DNA of 10,613 nucleotides from Chthonomonadales bacterium (GCA_038217285.1 JBBQPO010000217.1:1-10613), one strand, 5' to 3'; positions 1-7,368 are shown, counted from the first letter of the stretch. The notes: generated by a model from the letters alone, not told the origin. Made by a program: numbers and translations.

Positions 1-93
1 CAGGTCGGAAGCAATCTGGTTGAGCGGTCTCTCTTCCTTGAGGGCTTCGAGGACGGCTTTCGCTTTGAAATCGGGTGAATATCGTTTTCTCAT
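1..93 (-). CDS. IS3-family transposase OrfA, N-terminal HTH (partial)
   Basis: Not in the ORF track; translated by hand from ATG at 93: MRKRYSPDFKAKAVLEALKEERPLNQIASDL. This matches the typical RKRYS.EFK..AV......IA..L start of HTH_Tnp_1. Confidence 0.85.
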   Translation of the reverse strand, partial: MRKRYSPDFKAKAVLEALKEERPLNQIASDL

Positions 94-154
94 GGTGTCT
101 TGAGTCTAACTTATTTTTGCCCGTTTCCGTGTCTAGATTCCCCCGACCATTATA
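1..154 (-). mobile_element. Left end of an IS3-family insertion sequence (continues off the window's left edge)
   Basis: The minus strand from 154 reads TATAATGGTCGGGGGAATCTAGACAC, resembling IS3-family (IS2/IS150-like) terminal IRs. An OrfA-type transposase start follows about 60 bp later. The right IR and target duplication lie outside the window. Confidence 0.75.
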
Positions 155-174
155 CCCGCTTGCGGACGGCCCCT

Positions 175-1059
175 TTAGCGCAGCGGATGGTTGCGGGTGC
201 AAAACGCGGCCCAGCGGCTTTTGCGCCACTTCAGGGCTTCGTCGGCCATCGCGTCCATTTTTGCGGCGCAGAGGGCGGCGTAGACCGACTTCCAGCTCGC
301 GCCGAACGCCTGACGTGCCAGCCAGTAGGCCAGTTCGAAGTCTACCGCCGCACCGGGAACGCGACGGTCGGCCAGCAGGCCGTGCATCTGCACGGTTCGG
401 GATTTAGAGAGATAGTAGGAGGGGGAGGCTTGCCGGGAGGTGGCGCGCAGCCACTCGACGGTGAAGGGCAGCCCGCGTTCAGGGCGATAGCCGAGGCGAG
501 GGGCGAGGAGCGCCAGACGGCCTTCCAGATCCTCCTGGGTGCGATGGCCGGGCGTGCTCAGGAAAGTGTCCCAAATCTCGTTCGTCATCTCCGTTTTCGC
601 CGCGCGGCGCTGCACGAGATCTTCGCAGCACTGCCCGTAGACGTTGCCCCAGTGCGTTTCCCGCCACGCTTCGGCCTTGCGGTGTACCTCTCCCAGGCCA
701 CGCTTTTCCAGTTCCTTGTCCACGACGCCGCCCCGGTGCGGGTCCGTGTAGAGGCGCGGCAGGCCGGAACCGAAGCCGTGGGCATAGTGGGCGAGTTCGT
801 GTGCCAGCGTCTCATCCACGACATAGATCGGCACCTCGGGATTGGCGAACAGCAGGTTGACCATGATATGGCTGACGCCGTTCCGGGCGCTGATCGAGCC
901 GAACCGCCGCTGCGCCCGTGTACCAAATCGCACGACGATGGGATAGCCCTGCGCCACATCGGCGAAATGGTTCTCCCGCAGCAGTCGCACCCGCTCCTGC
1001 AGCCACGCTACGTCCCGCAACGTCCCGCTGCTTCCAGATGTTTCCACACTATCCGACAT
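175..1059 (-). CDS. SprT/YgjP(M48)-like zinc metallopeptidase-domain protein with a tandem degenerate second domain
   Basis: 294 aa. HELAH zincin motif (aa 87-91) preceded by VPIYVVDETL, with a candidate third His in PHRGG (aa 108). GGAGAGG RBS at 1064-1070. Confidence 0.75.
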   Translation of the reverse strand: MSDSVETSGSSGTLRDVAWLQERVRLLRENHFADVAQGYPIVVRFGTRAQRRFGSISARNGVSHIMVNLLFANPEVPIYVVDETLAHELAHYAHGFGSGLPRLYTDPHRGGVVDKELEKRGLGEVHRKAEAWRETHWGNVYGQCCEDLVQRRAAKTEMTNEIWDTFLSTPGHRTQEDLEGRLALLAPRLGYRPERGLPFTVEWLRATSRQASPSYYLSKSRTVQMHGLLADRRVPGAAVDFELAYWLARQAFGASWKSVYAALCAAKMDAMADEALKWRKSRWAAFCTRNHPLR

Positions 1060-1172
1060 CCAACCTCTCCCCTTCTCTGCGCGCCTCAGAACGGCTCTGG
1101 CTCTTCGCAGACTCCGTCCAGAGGACGGCCCGGCAAAGCCGCGTAGCGAGGGACGACGTCCCTTGATTCCCG

Positions 1173-1202
1173 ATTGACGCCCTACAAACGCCGACTGTTC
1201 GC
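1173..1202 (-). promoter_or_regulatory. Putative ECF-sigma promoter (copy 1)
   Basis: GCGAACA-N14-GGCGTCAAT, with the same spacing as the copies at 5026-5055 and 7806-7835. Confidence 0.5.
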
Positions 1203-1220
1203 AACAGCGGAACCCGTGTT

Positions 1221-2177
1221 TCAGGCCGTGACCGGATGCGGCAGCGGCTTGCCGAGCAGGCCACAGACCAGATTCTCCGCCGCCAGTTCAGCCATACGAG
1301 TCCGTGTGGCTGTCGAGGCGGAGCCAATATGGGGCAGCAGCGTCACGTTCGGGAGTTGCAGCAGAGGATCGTCGAGCGGCAGCGGCTCGATCTCGAAGAC
1401 ATCCAGTCCCGCCCCGGCAATCGTACCCGCGCGGAGCGCTGCGACTAGCGCCGCTTGATCGACTACCGGACCCCGTGCCGTATTGATCAGCAGGGCCGTC
1501 GGCTTCATCCTTGCCAGTTCCGCTGCCCCAATAAAATGCTTTGTGGCCGGACCGAAAGGCAGATGCAGCGAGACGAAGTCACTGGTCGCCAGCAGCGTAT
1601 CGAGATCGACGTACTCGGCCCCGAAATCCCGCTCCGCTTCCGGATGCGTTCGGCGGCCACTATAGACGATCTTCATCTGGAAGCCATGCGCGCGCCGTGC
1701 CATTTCATAACCGATCCGCCCCATACCGACGATGCCGAGGGTGGCGTGATGCACGTCCGGGCCGGTCAGCAGCATGGGAGACCAGGTGCGCCACGCGCCG
1801 GAGCGGGTGTACTGTTCCGCCTCGACGAGATGGCGCGCCGTCGCCAGCAGCAGCGCGAACGCCAGATCCGCCGTCGTCTCCGTCAGCACCCCTGGCGTGT
1901 TTCCGACCACGATCCCCCGCGCCAGACACGCTTTGACATCGATATTGTCGTAGCCGACCGCCATCTGACTGACGACTTTCAGCCGTGTCGCTCCCTCCAG
2001 CAGTTCCGCATCGATCTTATCCGTGAGCAGGCAGAGCAGGCCCTCGACCTCCGCCACTTTCGCCTTCAGGACCGCGTGGGACGGCGGCAACTCTTCCGGC
2101 CAGACCTCGACCTCCGCGATCTCCCGCACCGATTGCAGGGTCGCTACAGGCAGCGCCCGCGTCACAAATACTCGCAT
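1221..2177 (-). CDS. D-glycerate dehydrogenase / glyoxylate reductase (GyaR/GhrB-like D-2-hydroxyacid dehydrogenase)
   Basis: 318 aa. Motifs AVGYDNID, NTPGVLTETTADL, GMGRIG (Rossmann), NTARG, DVFEIEP and PHIGSA (Arg/Glu/His catalytic set). Confidence 0.92.
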   Translation of the reverse strand: MRVFVTRALPVATLQSVREIAEVEVWPEELPPSHAVLKAKVAEVEGLLCLLTDKIDAELLEGATRLKVVSQMAVGYDNIDVKACLARGIVVGNTPGVLTETTADLAFALLLATARHLVEAEQYTRSGAWRTWSPMLLTGPDVHHATLGIVGMGRIGYEMARRAHGFQMKIVYSGRRTHPEAERDFGAEYVDLDTLLATSDFVSLHLPFGPATKHFIGAAELARMKPTALLINTARGPVVDQAALVAALRAGTIAGAGLDVFEIEPLPLDDPLLQLPNVTLLPHIGSASTATRTRMAELAAENLVCGLLGKPLPHPVTA

Positions 2178-2233
2178 CCTCGCTTCTCCCTCAACCAGAT
2201 TTTTGGCGAACTCCGCGCCTTCCCGCCCCGGCT

Positions 2234-3028
2234 TCAGTAGCGAGCGGTGTTGGCGACAGGCTTCCCGAGGATGCTCTCAGCGGCAGCGGCGGCGGACTGC
2301 TGCATAAAGCCGAGCTCGCTACTGACCGCGACGAAGCGCCAGCCTTCGGCGATGCGGCGCTTCGCCGCCTCCGGGTTGGAGACATGGATGCCGGGCGCGA
2401 TGCCATGTCGGTCGGCGGTTTCGCGCAGATGGCGCAGGGCGGCGATAAACTCGGGATCGTCGGAGTCCATGTCGGGGGTCTTGTGCATGGAGGAGAGCAG
2501 GTCGTTCGGCCCGACGAACATGGCGTCGATGCCGGGCACCCGGAAAATGGCGTCGGCGTTCTCGACCGCCTGAATATGCTCCGCCTGCACGATCACCAGG
2601 ATCTCGTCGTTGGCGCGGCGGTAGTATTCGGCGGAGGTTCCCCCAAAGTTCATCGCATGCAGGCTACCCCCGACGCTGCGCTCCCCGACTGGCGGGTATT
2701 TGCAGGCCGATACCGCGCGCTCCGCCTCTTCGACGGAGTTGCACATCGGAAACACGATCCCGAACGCGCCGTTGTCCAGGCACCGTTTCACGTTTTCCAG
2801 GCTGTTGAACGGCACCCGCGCCAGCGGCACGCCTCCGGCATCCGCGATGGCTCCAAAGATCAGCGCCGCCGTCTCCCAGTTGACGGAGCTGTGCTCGATG
2901 TCGAGGGTCAGCCAGTCAAAACCTGTCCGCGCCATATACCGCGCCGCCAGCGGACTCGCCAGCGACAGCCATGTTCCGACCTGTGCTTTCCCCTCACGCA
3001 ATGCTGCTTTCACGGGATTGTTTCGCAT
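2234..3028 (-). CDS. HpcH/HpaI family class II pyruvate aldolase (GarL/RhmA-like)
   Basis: 264 aa. Motifs GFDWLTLDIEH, LARVP, LDNGAFGIVFPM, KYPPVGERS, VQAEH and FVGPNDL. AAGGAG RBS. Confidence 0.92.
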   Translation of the reverse strand: MRNNPVKAALREGKAQVGTWLSLASPLAARYMARTGFDWLTLDIEHSSVNWETAALIFGAIADAGGVPLARVPFNSLENVKRCLDNGAFGIVFPMCNSVEEAERAVSACKYPPVGERSVGGSLHAMNFGGTSAEYYRRANDEILVIVQAEHIQAVENADAIFRVPGIDAMFVGPNDLLSSMHKTPDMDSDDPEFIAALRHLRETADRHGIAPGIHVSNPEAAKRRIAEGWRFVAVSSELGFMQQSAAAAAESILGKPVANTARY

Positions 3029-3056
3029 CCGATTTCTCCTTCGGTTTTACGGACTT

Positions 3057-4055
3057 CTATCGTTGGGGAACGCGCAGGTGCGGCGAGTCCCAGACGGCAG
3101 GGTTGCAGATGTTGTCGGGAAGCCGTCCCTGCATCAGATCGAGGATCGATTGGGCCGACTGGCGGCTCATCTCCTGAGTCGATTCGAGGGCGTTGAAGGC
3201 GTTGTGGGGGGTCAGCACGCAGTTCGGGGCGTGGCGGAGCGGGCTGTCCGCCGGACAGGGCTCCTTCGCATAGACATCTATCGCGGCTCCTCCAATCGTG
3301 CCGGACTGGAGAGCGGCCAGCAGATCGGTTTCATCGACGAGGGTGCCACGCGCCGTATTGATGAAGTAGGCGGTCGGTTTCATGCGGGCGAACCGTTCGG
3401 CGTTGAACATCTTGACGGTTTCCGGCGTGGAGGGCACATGGGCCGAGACGTAGTCGGACTGCGCCAGCAGGTCGTCGAGGGTGACGAACTCGATGCTCGG
3501 ATCGGCTTTGCCGCTGGCCTGCAGGATCGGGTCGTAGGCGAGGATCCGCATGGAGAACCCCTTCGCCCGCTGCGCGACCGCCTGCCCGATACGCCCCACT
3601 CCCACCAGCCCGAGCGTCTTGCCATAGACCAGCACACCACGGAACTCGTTCCAGCCGCCGGAGCGCATCATCGCATCGGACTCCGGCAGACGGCGCGCGA
3701 TGCCAAGCATGAGCGCGAACGTATAGTCGGCGACAGCTTCGGTCATCGCGCCGGGTGTGTTGGTCACCACGACACCCGCCGCCGCCGCCGCCGCCATATC
3801 CACCGCATCCGTTCCGACGCCGCACCGTGCCACGAGTTTCAGTTGCGGGCAGGCCGCGAAGACACGAGCGTTGTACGGCTCACTCGATGCGATCACCGCA
3901 TCGCAGCCCTGCAAAATCGGGATCGTCTCTTCTTCCGAAAACGGACCGGGGCGGTGCGAAGGGACGACTTCACATCCTGCCGCTTCCAGCGCCGCCTGCG
4001 CCGCCTGCCCGCTCACCCAGAAAGCCCGCGCCGATGTCAGTACCTTCCATGCCAT
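3057..4055 (-). CDS. Phosphoglycerate dehydrogenase-like D-2-hydroxyacid dehydrogenase (no ACT domain)
   Basis: 332 aa. Motifs ARCGVGTDAVD, NTPGA, GVGRIG, YDP, NTARG, DVYAKEP and TPHNAF. Confidence 0.9.
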   Translation of the reverse strand: MAWKVLTSARAFWVSGQAAQAALEAAGCEVVPSHRPGPFSEEETIPILQGCDAVIASSEPYNARVFAACPQLKLVARCGVGTDAVDMAAAAAAGVVVTNTPGAMTEAVADYTFALMLGIARRLPESDAMMRSGGWNEFRGVLVYGKTLGLVGVGRIGQAVAQRAKGFSMRILAYDPILQASGKADPSIEFVTLDDLLAQSDYVSAHVPSTPETVKMFNAERFARMKPTAYFINTARGTLVDETDLLAALQSGTIGGAAIDVYAKEPCPADSPLRHAPNCVLTPHNAFNALESTQEMSRQSAQSILDLMQGRLPDNICNPAVWDSPHLRVPQR

Positions 4056-4094
4056 CCTGTTGTCCCATCCTTCGTCTGCTCGAGTTGTTCGGCT

Positions 4095-4105
4095 ATTATA
4101 CCCGC
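4095..4105 (-). promoter_or_regulatory. Possible -10 box for the dehydrogenase/aldolase operon, overlapping the upstream stop codon
   Basis: GCGGGTATAAT lies about 40 nt upstream of the ATG at 4055. The TAA stop of 4096..4989 is inside TATAAT. No clear -35. Confidence 0.45.
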
Positions 4106-4989
4106 AGGGTGATCTCGTACGGTTTCGGCGAAGGCCGGCCTATGTTGGTGCGTTCCATGCGATGCAGTCGAAGCTGTCGGCTCAAGCGAGTCCGTAGTGC
4201 GGCGGCGCGCGTATGCAGCCTCCCACCGACAGCGGCTCCCAGAGAACCCAGCAACAGCCAGGGCACCAGGCCGCAGAGACCCGGCAGGGGATTGGGCATC
4301 CAGGGAAACTGCGCGTTTTTATCGATCAACACATTGGCATAAGAGAGCCCGAGGAGAAGGCCAGGCAGCAAGATGGCAGGGATACTGAGCATGCCAAGCG
4401 CGTTCAGAACGCCGCGCACGGGACGGTTTCGAGCGACCAGTCCCGTTGCCAAACCGGCCAATAGCGGCACGGAGAAGAGAAAGAAGCGGTAGTAGGTAAT
4501 CGTATTGTTCGAATGGGTGGCCCAGTTGCTGCCGGCCCAAGTAGTGACATCCGCGACATAGGGTAACCCGAATAGACCGAGCGCAGCCAGGGTCGCGCCT
4601 CGGGCGGAGGGCGGCTTTAAGAGGGGGGCGCTCTGAAGGGTGACCTGCCGCTGAGACTGTCGGCCGGTCTGTGCGTGGGTCTCGACCACCCAGCGTTGCG
4701 AGATCAACTCCGGATCGCCGGACTGCCGAATGGCGGCCTGGATAGCAGCCTCATACGTTGCGCCAAGCTCCCTATGTGCAGCGACAGACGCTTGCAACTG
4801 CGCGCTCAAATGCGCTCGAATAGCGGTCCGTTTGCTTCGAGGCAGGACGCGGACCAGGGGAGCGATGACCTGATCCAGATAGTCCTCCATCTCCTCACTT
4901 GATGCGGTGTTGAAAGACGTTTCGGACTCCTGACCTGGTTGATGGACATAGCCGGTTTCAGGGTTCTCTTCGGAGTGGTGTTCCAGCAT
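4096..4989 (-). CDS. Membrane protein with an N-terminal HAAS / permease-prefix-domain-1-like helical domain
   Basis: EDYLDQVIAPL...RTAIRAHL...ELGATYEAAIQAAIRQSGDPELIS resembles the HAAS pattern. About four hydrophobic segments follow. AGGAG RBS at 4997-5001. Confidence 0.65.
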   Translation of the reverse strand: MLEHHSEENPETGYVHQPGQESETSFNTASSEEMEDYLDQVIAPLVRVLPRSKRTAIRAHLSAQLQASVAAHRELGATYEAAIQAAIRQSGDPELISQRWVVETHAQTGRQSQRQVTLQSAPLLKPPSARGATLAALGLFGLPYVADVTTWAGSNWATHSNNTITYYRFFLFSVPLLAGLATGLVARNRPVRGVLNALGMLSIPAILLPGLLLGLSYANVLIDKNAQFPWMPNPLPGLCGLVPWLLLGSLGAAVGGRLHTRAAALRTRLSRQLRLHRMERTNIGRPSPKPYEITLRV

Positions 4990-5025
4990 ACAGCGTCTCC
5001 TGTGAAAGAAGCAGAGGTTACTCCT

Positions 5026-5055
5026 AATGACGCAGTTACTCGGCGAAGAGTTTCC
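5026..5055 (-). promoter_or_regulatory. Putative ECF-sigma promoter (copy 2)
   Basis: GGAAACT-N14-TGCGTCATT, ending 36 nt before the ATG at 4989. Resembles the AAC/CGT signature of SigM/SigW/SigX-type promoters. Confidence 0.6.
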
Positions 5056-5104
5056 ACGGACGGTCGGTCACAAGACCGGGCGTACGCTCTGCTCTGAGCA
5101 GGCG

Positions 5105-6532
5105 CTAGATCTCGCTCAGGAAGGTATCGAAGGCGGCTAACGCGCGCTCCGACTTCTTGCGGCCTTTTTCGCGCTTGTCTCGGATTGGGGGGCCAGGAAG
5201 CTCCGGCACGATGCCCCAGTTGGAGTTCATCGGGGAGAAGTGCTTCGGATCGGTCTCGACCAGATAGTGGCAGAGCGAGCCCAGCACCGTTTCGCGGGGC
5301 GGGTTGGCGGGCGGCAGACCAAGGGTCTGCCGATGCGCGTTCAGCCCGACCAGCATCCCGATGGCGGCCGACTCCAGATAGCCCTCGACACCGGTCATCT
5401 GCCCTGCCAGATAGATGCCGGGATGGGCACGCAACTGGCATGTCAGGTCGAGCAGGCGCGGCGCGTTGACGTAGGTGTTGCGGTGCATCACGCCGAAGCG
5501 GATGAACTCCGCGTTTTCCAGGCCCGGAATCATCGAGAGGATGCGGCGCTGTTCGCCCCATTTCAGACGGGTCTGAAACCCGACCAGACCCCAGAGCGTG
5601 CCCTCCCGGTTCTCCTGCCGCAACTGCACCACCGCGTAAGGCCGCCTGCCGGTACGAGGATCGACGAGGCCGATCGGTTTCATCGCGCCGAAGGCCAGCG
5701 TCTTGGGCCCGCGCCGCGCCAGCTCCTCGATGGGCACACACATCTCGAAGAAGACCATCTTCTTGCCGTCGTCGCCCTGCTCGAAACCGTGCAGCGGCGC
5801 CAGTTCCGCCTCTGTGATCGCCTTCCAGAACGCCAGATACTCGTCCTTCTCGAAAGGACAGTTCAGGTAGTCGGCGCTCTCAGTCGGCGCGCCCGCGCAG
5901 CCCACGCCGTCCGTTTCCTCGCCCTCCTCCGGCGCTTCCGCGTCCGCCTCCCCCGCGAGGGCAGGCAGGTTGGCACCTTTGCCCCGCCGCGAGGCCCGGA
6001 ACACCTTGCTCAGATCGAGACTGTCGAACGTCACCGTCGGCGCGACTGCATCGTAAAATGAAAGGGAATCGCCCCCGGTCAGGCGCGCGATCTCCGCCGC
6101 CAGGGCGTCCGAGGTCAGCGGCCCGGTCGCGATCACGAGCGGTCGGGTGGTCGGCAGTTCTGTCACCTCTTCCCGCACGACCGTGATGTTCGGATGCGCC
6201 GCAATAGCCGCCGTTATCTCCCGCGCAAACGGCTCCCGATCCACCGCCAGCGCCTCGCCTGCCGGAACGCGGTTGCGCTCTGCGATGGGCAGGACCAGCG
6301 AACCCAGCCGCCGCATCTCCTCTTTCAGGACGCCGCTCGCATTGTGGAGGAGGTTCGACTTGAAGGAGTTGGAGCAGACCAGCTCCGCGAGATCGCCCGT
6401 CTGATGGACCGGTGTCGTCTTCAGCGGGCGCATCTCGTAGAGCCGAACCTTACTGCCGCGCTCCGCCGCCGCCCAAGCCGCCTCCACCCCCGCGAACCCG
6501 CCCCCGATCACCACAATCTCTGACTCCGCCAT
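5105..6532 (-). CDS. trmFO: Methylenetetrahydrofolate--tRNA-(uracil-5-)-methyltransferase TrmFO
   Basis: Start reassigned to ATG 6532 (MAESEIVVIGGGFAGVEAA; AAGGGGA RBS), 475 aa. Motifs AELVCSNS, VPAG..LAVDR, ATGPLT, FYDA, YLNCP, VVQLRQE, GFQTRLKWGEQ, GVMHRNTY and AGQMTGVEGY. Confidence 0.96.
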   Translation of the reverse strand: MAESEIVVIGGGFAGVEAAWAAAERGSKVRLYEMRPLKTTPVHQTGDLAELVCSNSFKSNLLHNASGVLKEEMRRLGSLVLPIAERNRVPAGEALAVDREPFAREITAAIAAHPNITVVREEVTELPTTRPLVIATGPLTSDALAAEIARLTGGDSLSFYDAVAPTVTFDSLDLSKVFRASRRGKGANLPALAGEADAEAPEEGEETDGVGCAGAPTESADYLNCPFEKDEYLAFWKAITEAELAPLHGFEQGDDGKKMVFFEMCVPIEELARRGPKTLAFGAMKPIGLVDPRTGRRPYAVVQLRQENREGTLWGLVGFQTRLKWGEQRRILSMIPGLENAEFIRFGVMHRNTYVNAPRLLDLTCQLRAHPGIYLAGQMTGVEGYLESAAIGMLVGLNAHRQTLGLPPANPPRETVLGSLCHYLVETDPKHFSPMNSNWGIVPELPGPPIRDKREKGRKKSERALAAFDTFLSEI

Positions 6533-6571
6533 ATTGCCGATCCCCTTGCCCGTTTTCGTTCCGTTGGGCCT

Positions 6572-6600
6572 ATGATACCGTACCTGCCCCCGCAGAGCAA
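6572..6600 (-). promoter_or_regulatory. Putative sigma70 promoter of trmFO
   Basis: TTGCTC-N17-TATCAT, ending about 40 nt upstream of the ATG. Confidence 0.55.
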
Positions 6601-6770
6601 GGAAAGTAGAGGCATCGCTGCACCCCAGCGTCAAGCAGGGAGACAGATCGAACTTTTCCGCAGGTAGCAGCGCGCAACACGCGCAACAGGAATCTGCACG
6701 TTCAAAACCGAAATGGGGCCACAAGACGCGGGCAGCACCGCAACATCACGCAGAGAAGGAGAGGACCACT

Positions 6771-6899
6771 ATGGCAGCCACTAAATTCGGCGTATCGAGC
6801 TATTCGTTCCGGCAATTTCGCGGCTCGAAGTTTCCTATGGAGACCATGATCGAGCGGGACAGCGCGCCGGGTGTTCAGGGCGTGGAGGTGCGGTTATGA
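6771..6899 (+). pseudogene. N-terminal remnant of a sugar-phosphate isomerase/epimerase (xylose-isomerase-like TIM barrel)
   Basis: 42 codons after a strong AAGGAGAGG RBS: MAATKFGVSSYSFRQFRGSKFPMETMIERDSAPGVQGVEVRL*. The G.SSYSF...G.QGVE pattern is typical of the first beta-alpha units of this family. Confidence 0.6.
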
Positions 6900-7051
6900 A
6901 ATGGAATCCTGTGCTGCCGGGAGTGTGGCTCTTCCGGGATAGCTGCAACGTCTACGCCCTCGAAGGCAAGGACGGAATTCTGTTGATCGATGCCGGAACC
7001 GGCGCCTGGCACCCTCGCCCTTCTCGCCACTTCCGGCCTGTCCTGCGCTAG
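6896..7051 (+). pseudogene. N-terminal remnant of an MBL-fold metallo-hydrolase
   Basis: 51 codons with a GGAGGT RBS and an ATGA overlap: MKWNPVLPGVWLFRDSCNVYALEGKDGILLIDAGTGAW...*. NVY and LLIDAG match MBL motif 1, but the frame ends before HxHxDH. Confidence 0.65.
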
Positions 7052-7127
7052 CTTCCTGATCCGCAAGCGACGACGCAAGTAAGATAATGCCTCCGATCGG
7101 GATCGCAATGACACGGAGGCCACGCGC

Positions 7128-7173
7128 ACAACAAAAGATGCCCTGACAGTCGAACAAGCGATTGTCAGGGCGT
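7128..7173 (-). terminator. Intrinsic terminator of the tRNA operon
   Basis: GCCCTGACAATCG-CTTGTT-CGACTGTCAGGGC (13-bp stem, one mismatch) followed by ATCTTTTGTT on the minus strand. Confidence 0.65.
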
Positions 7174-7296
7174 TCCACTTCTGAGAATAGACGATACGAG
7201 ATTTGACGGTTTCGGTACGTTGAGGATTGCCCCAGCGACCGCCCGGGGCTTTGTGGAACGAGGGTGCAGTTTGAGATCAAAACAGTATCGATGCCA

Positions 7297-7368
7297 TGGG
7301 CAGTACTGGATTCGAACCAGTGACCCCCTCGGTGTGAACGAGGTGCTCTACCACTGAGCCAACCGCCC
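7297..7368 (-). tRNA. tRNA-Val(CAC), CCA not encoded
   Basis: Acceptor stem GGGCGGT/ACTGCCC, anticodon arm CCTCG-TTCACAC-CGAGG, T loop TTCGAAT. Confidence 0.96.

Noticed and set aside
1104-1150. c-di-GMP-I riboswitch-like words (GCAGA...GGCAAAGCC)
   Set aside because: No GNRA tetraloop or receptor arm, and it lies on the strand opposite to the flanking genes.
3778-3795. (GCC)6 microsatellite
   Set aside because: In-frame poly-Ala within a dehydrogenase helix. A triplet repeat would not cause frameshift phase variation.
100-4342. Long plus-strand ORFs (100..1146, 1455..2240, 2384..3196, 2700..4112 and others)
   Set aside because: Antisense shadows of well-supported minus-strand genes in GC-rich DNA, with no recognisable motifs.
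5066-5104. Short hairpins after the trmFO stop as a terminator
   Set aside because: Stems are only about 5 bp and there is no U-tract.
6533-6724. 64-aa Cys-rich N-terminal extension of TrmFO in the ORF track
   Set aside because: The Rossmann motif starts right after Met at 6532, which has its own RBS and a promoter inside the supposed extension.
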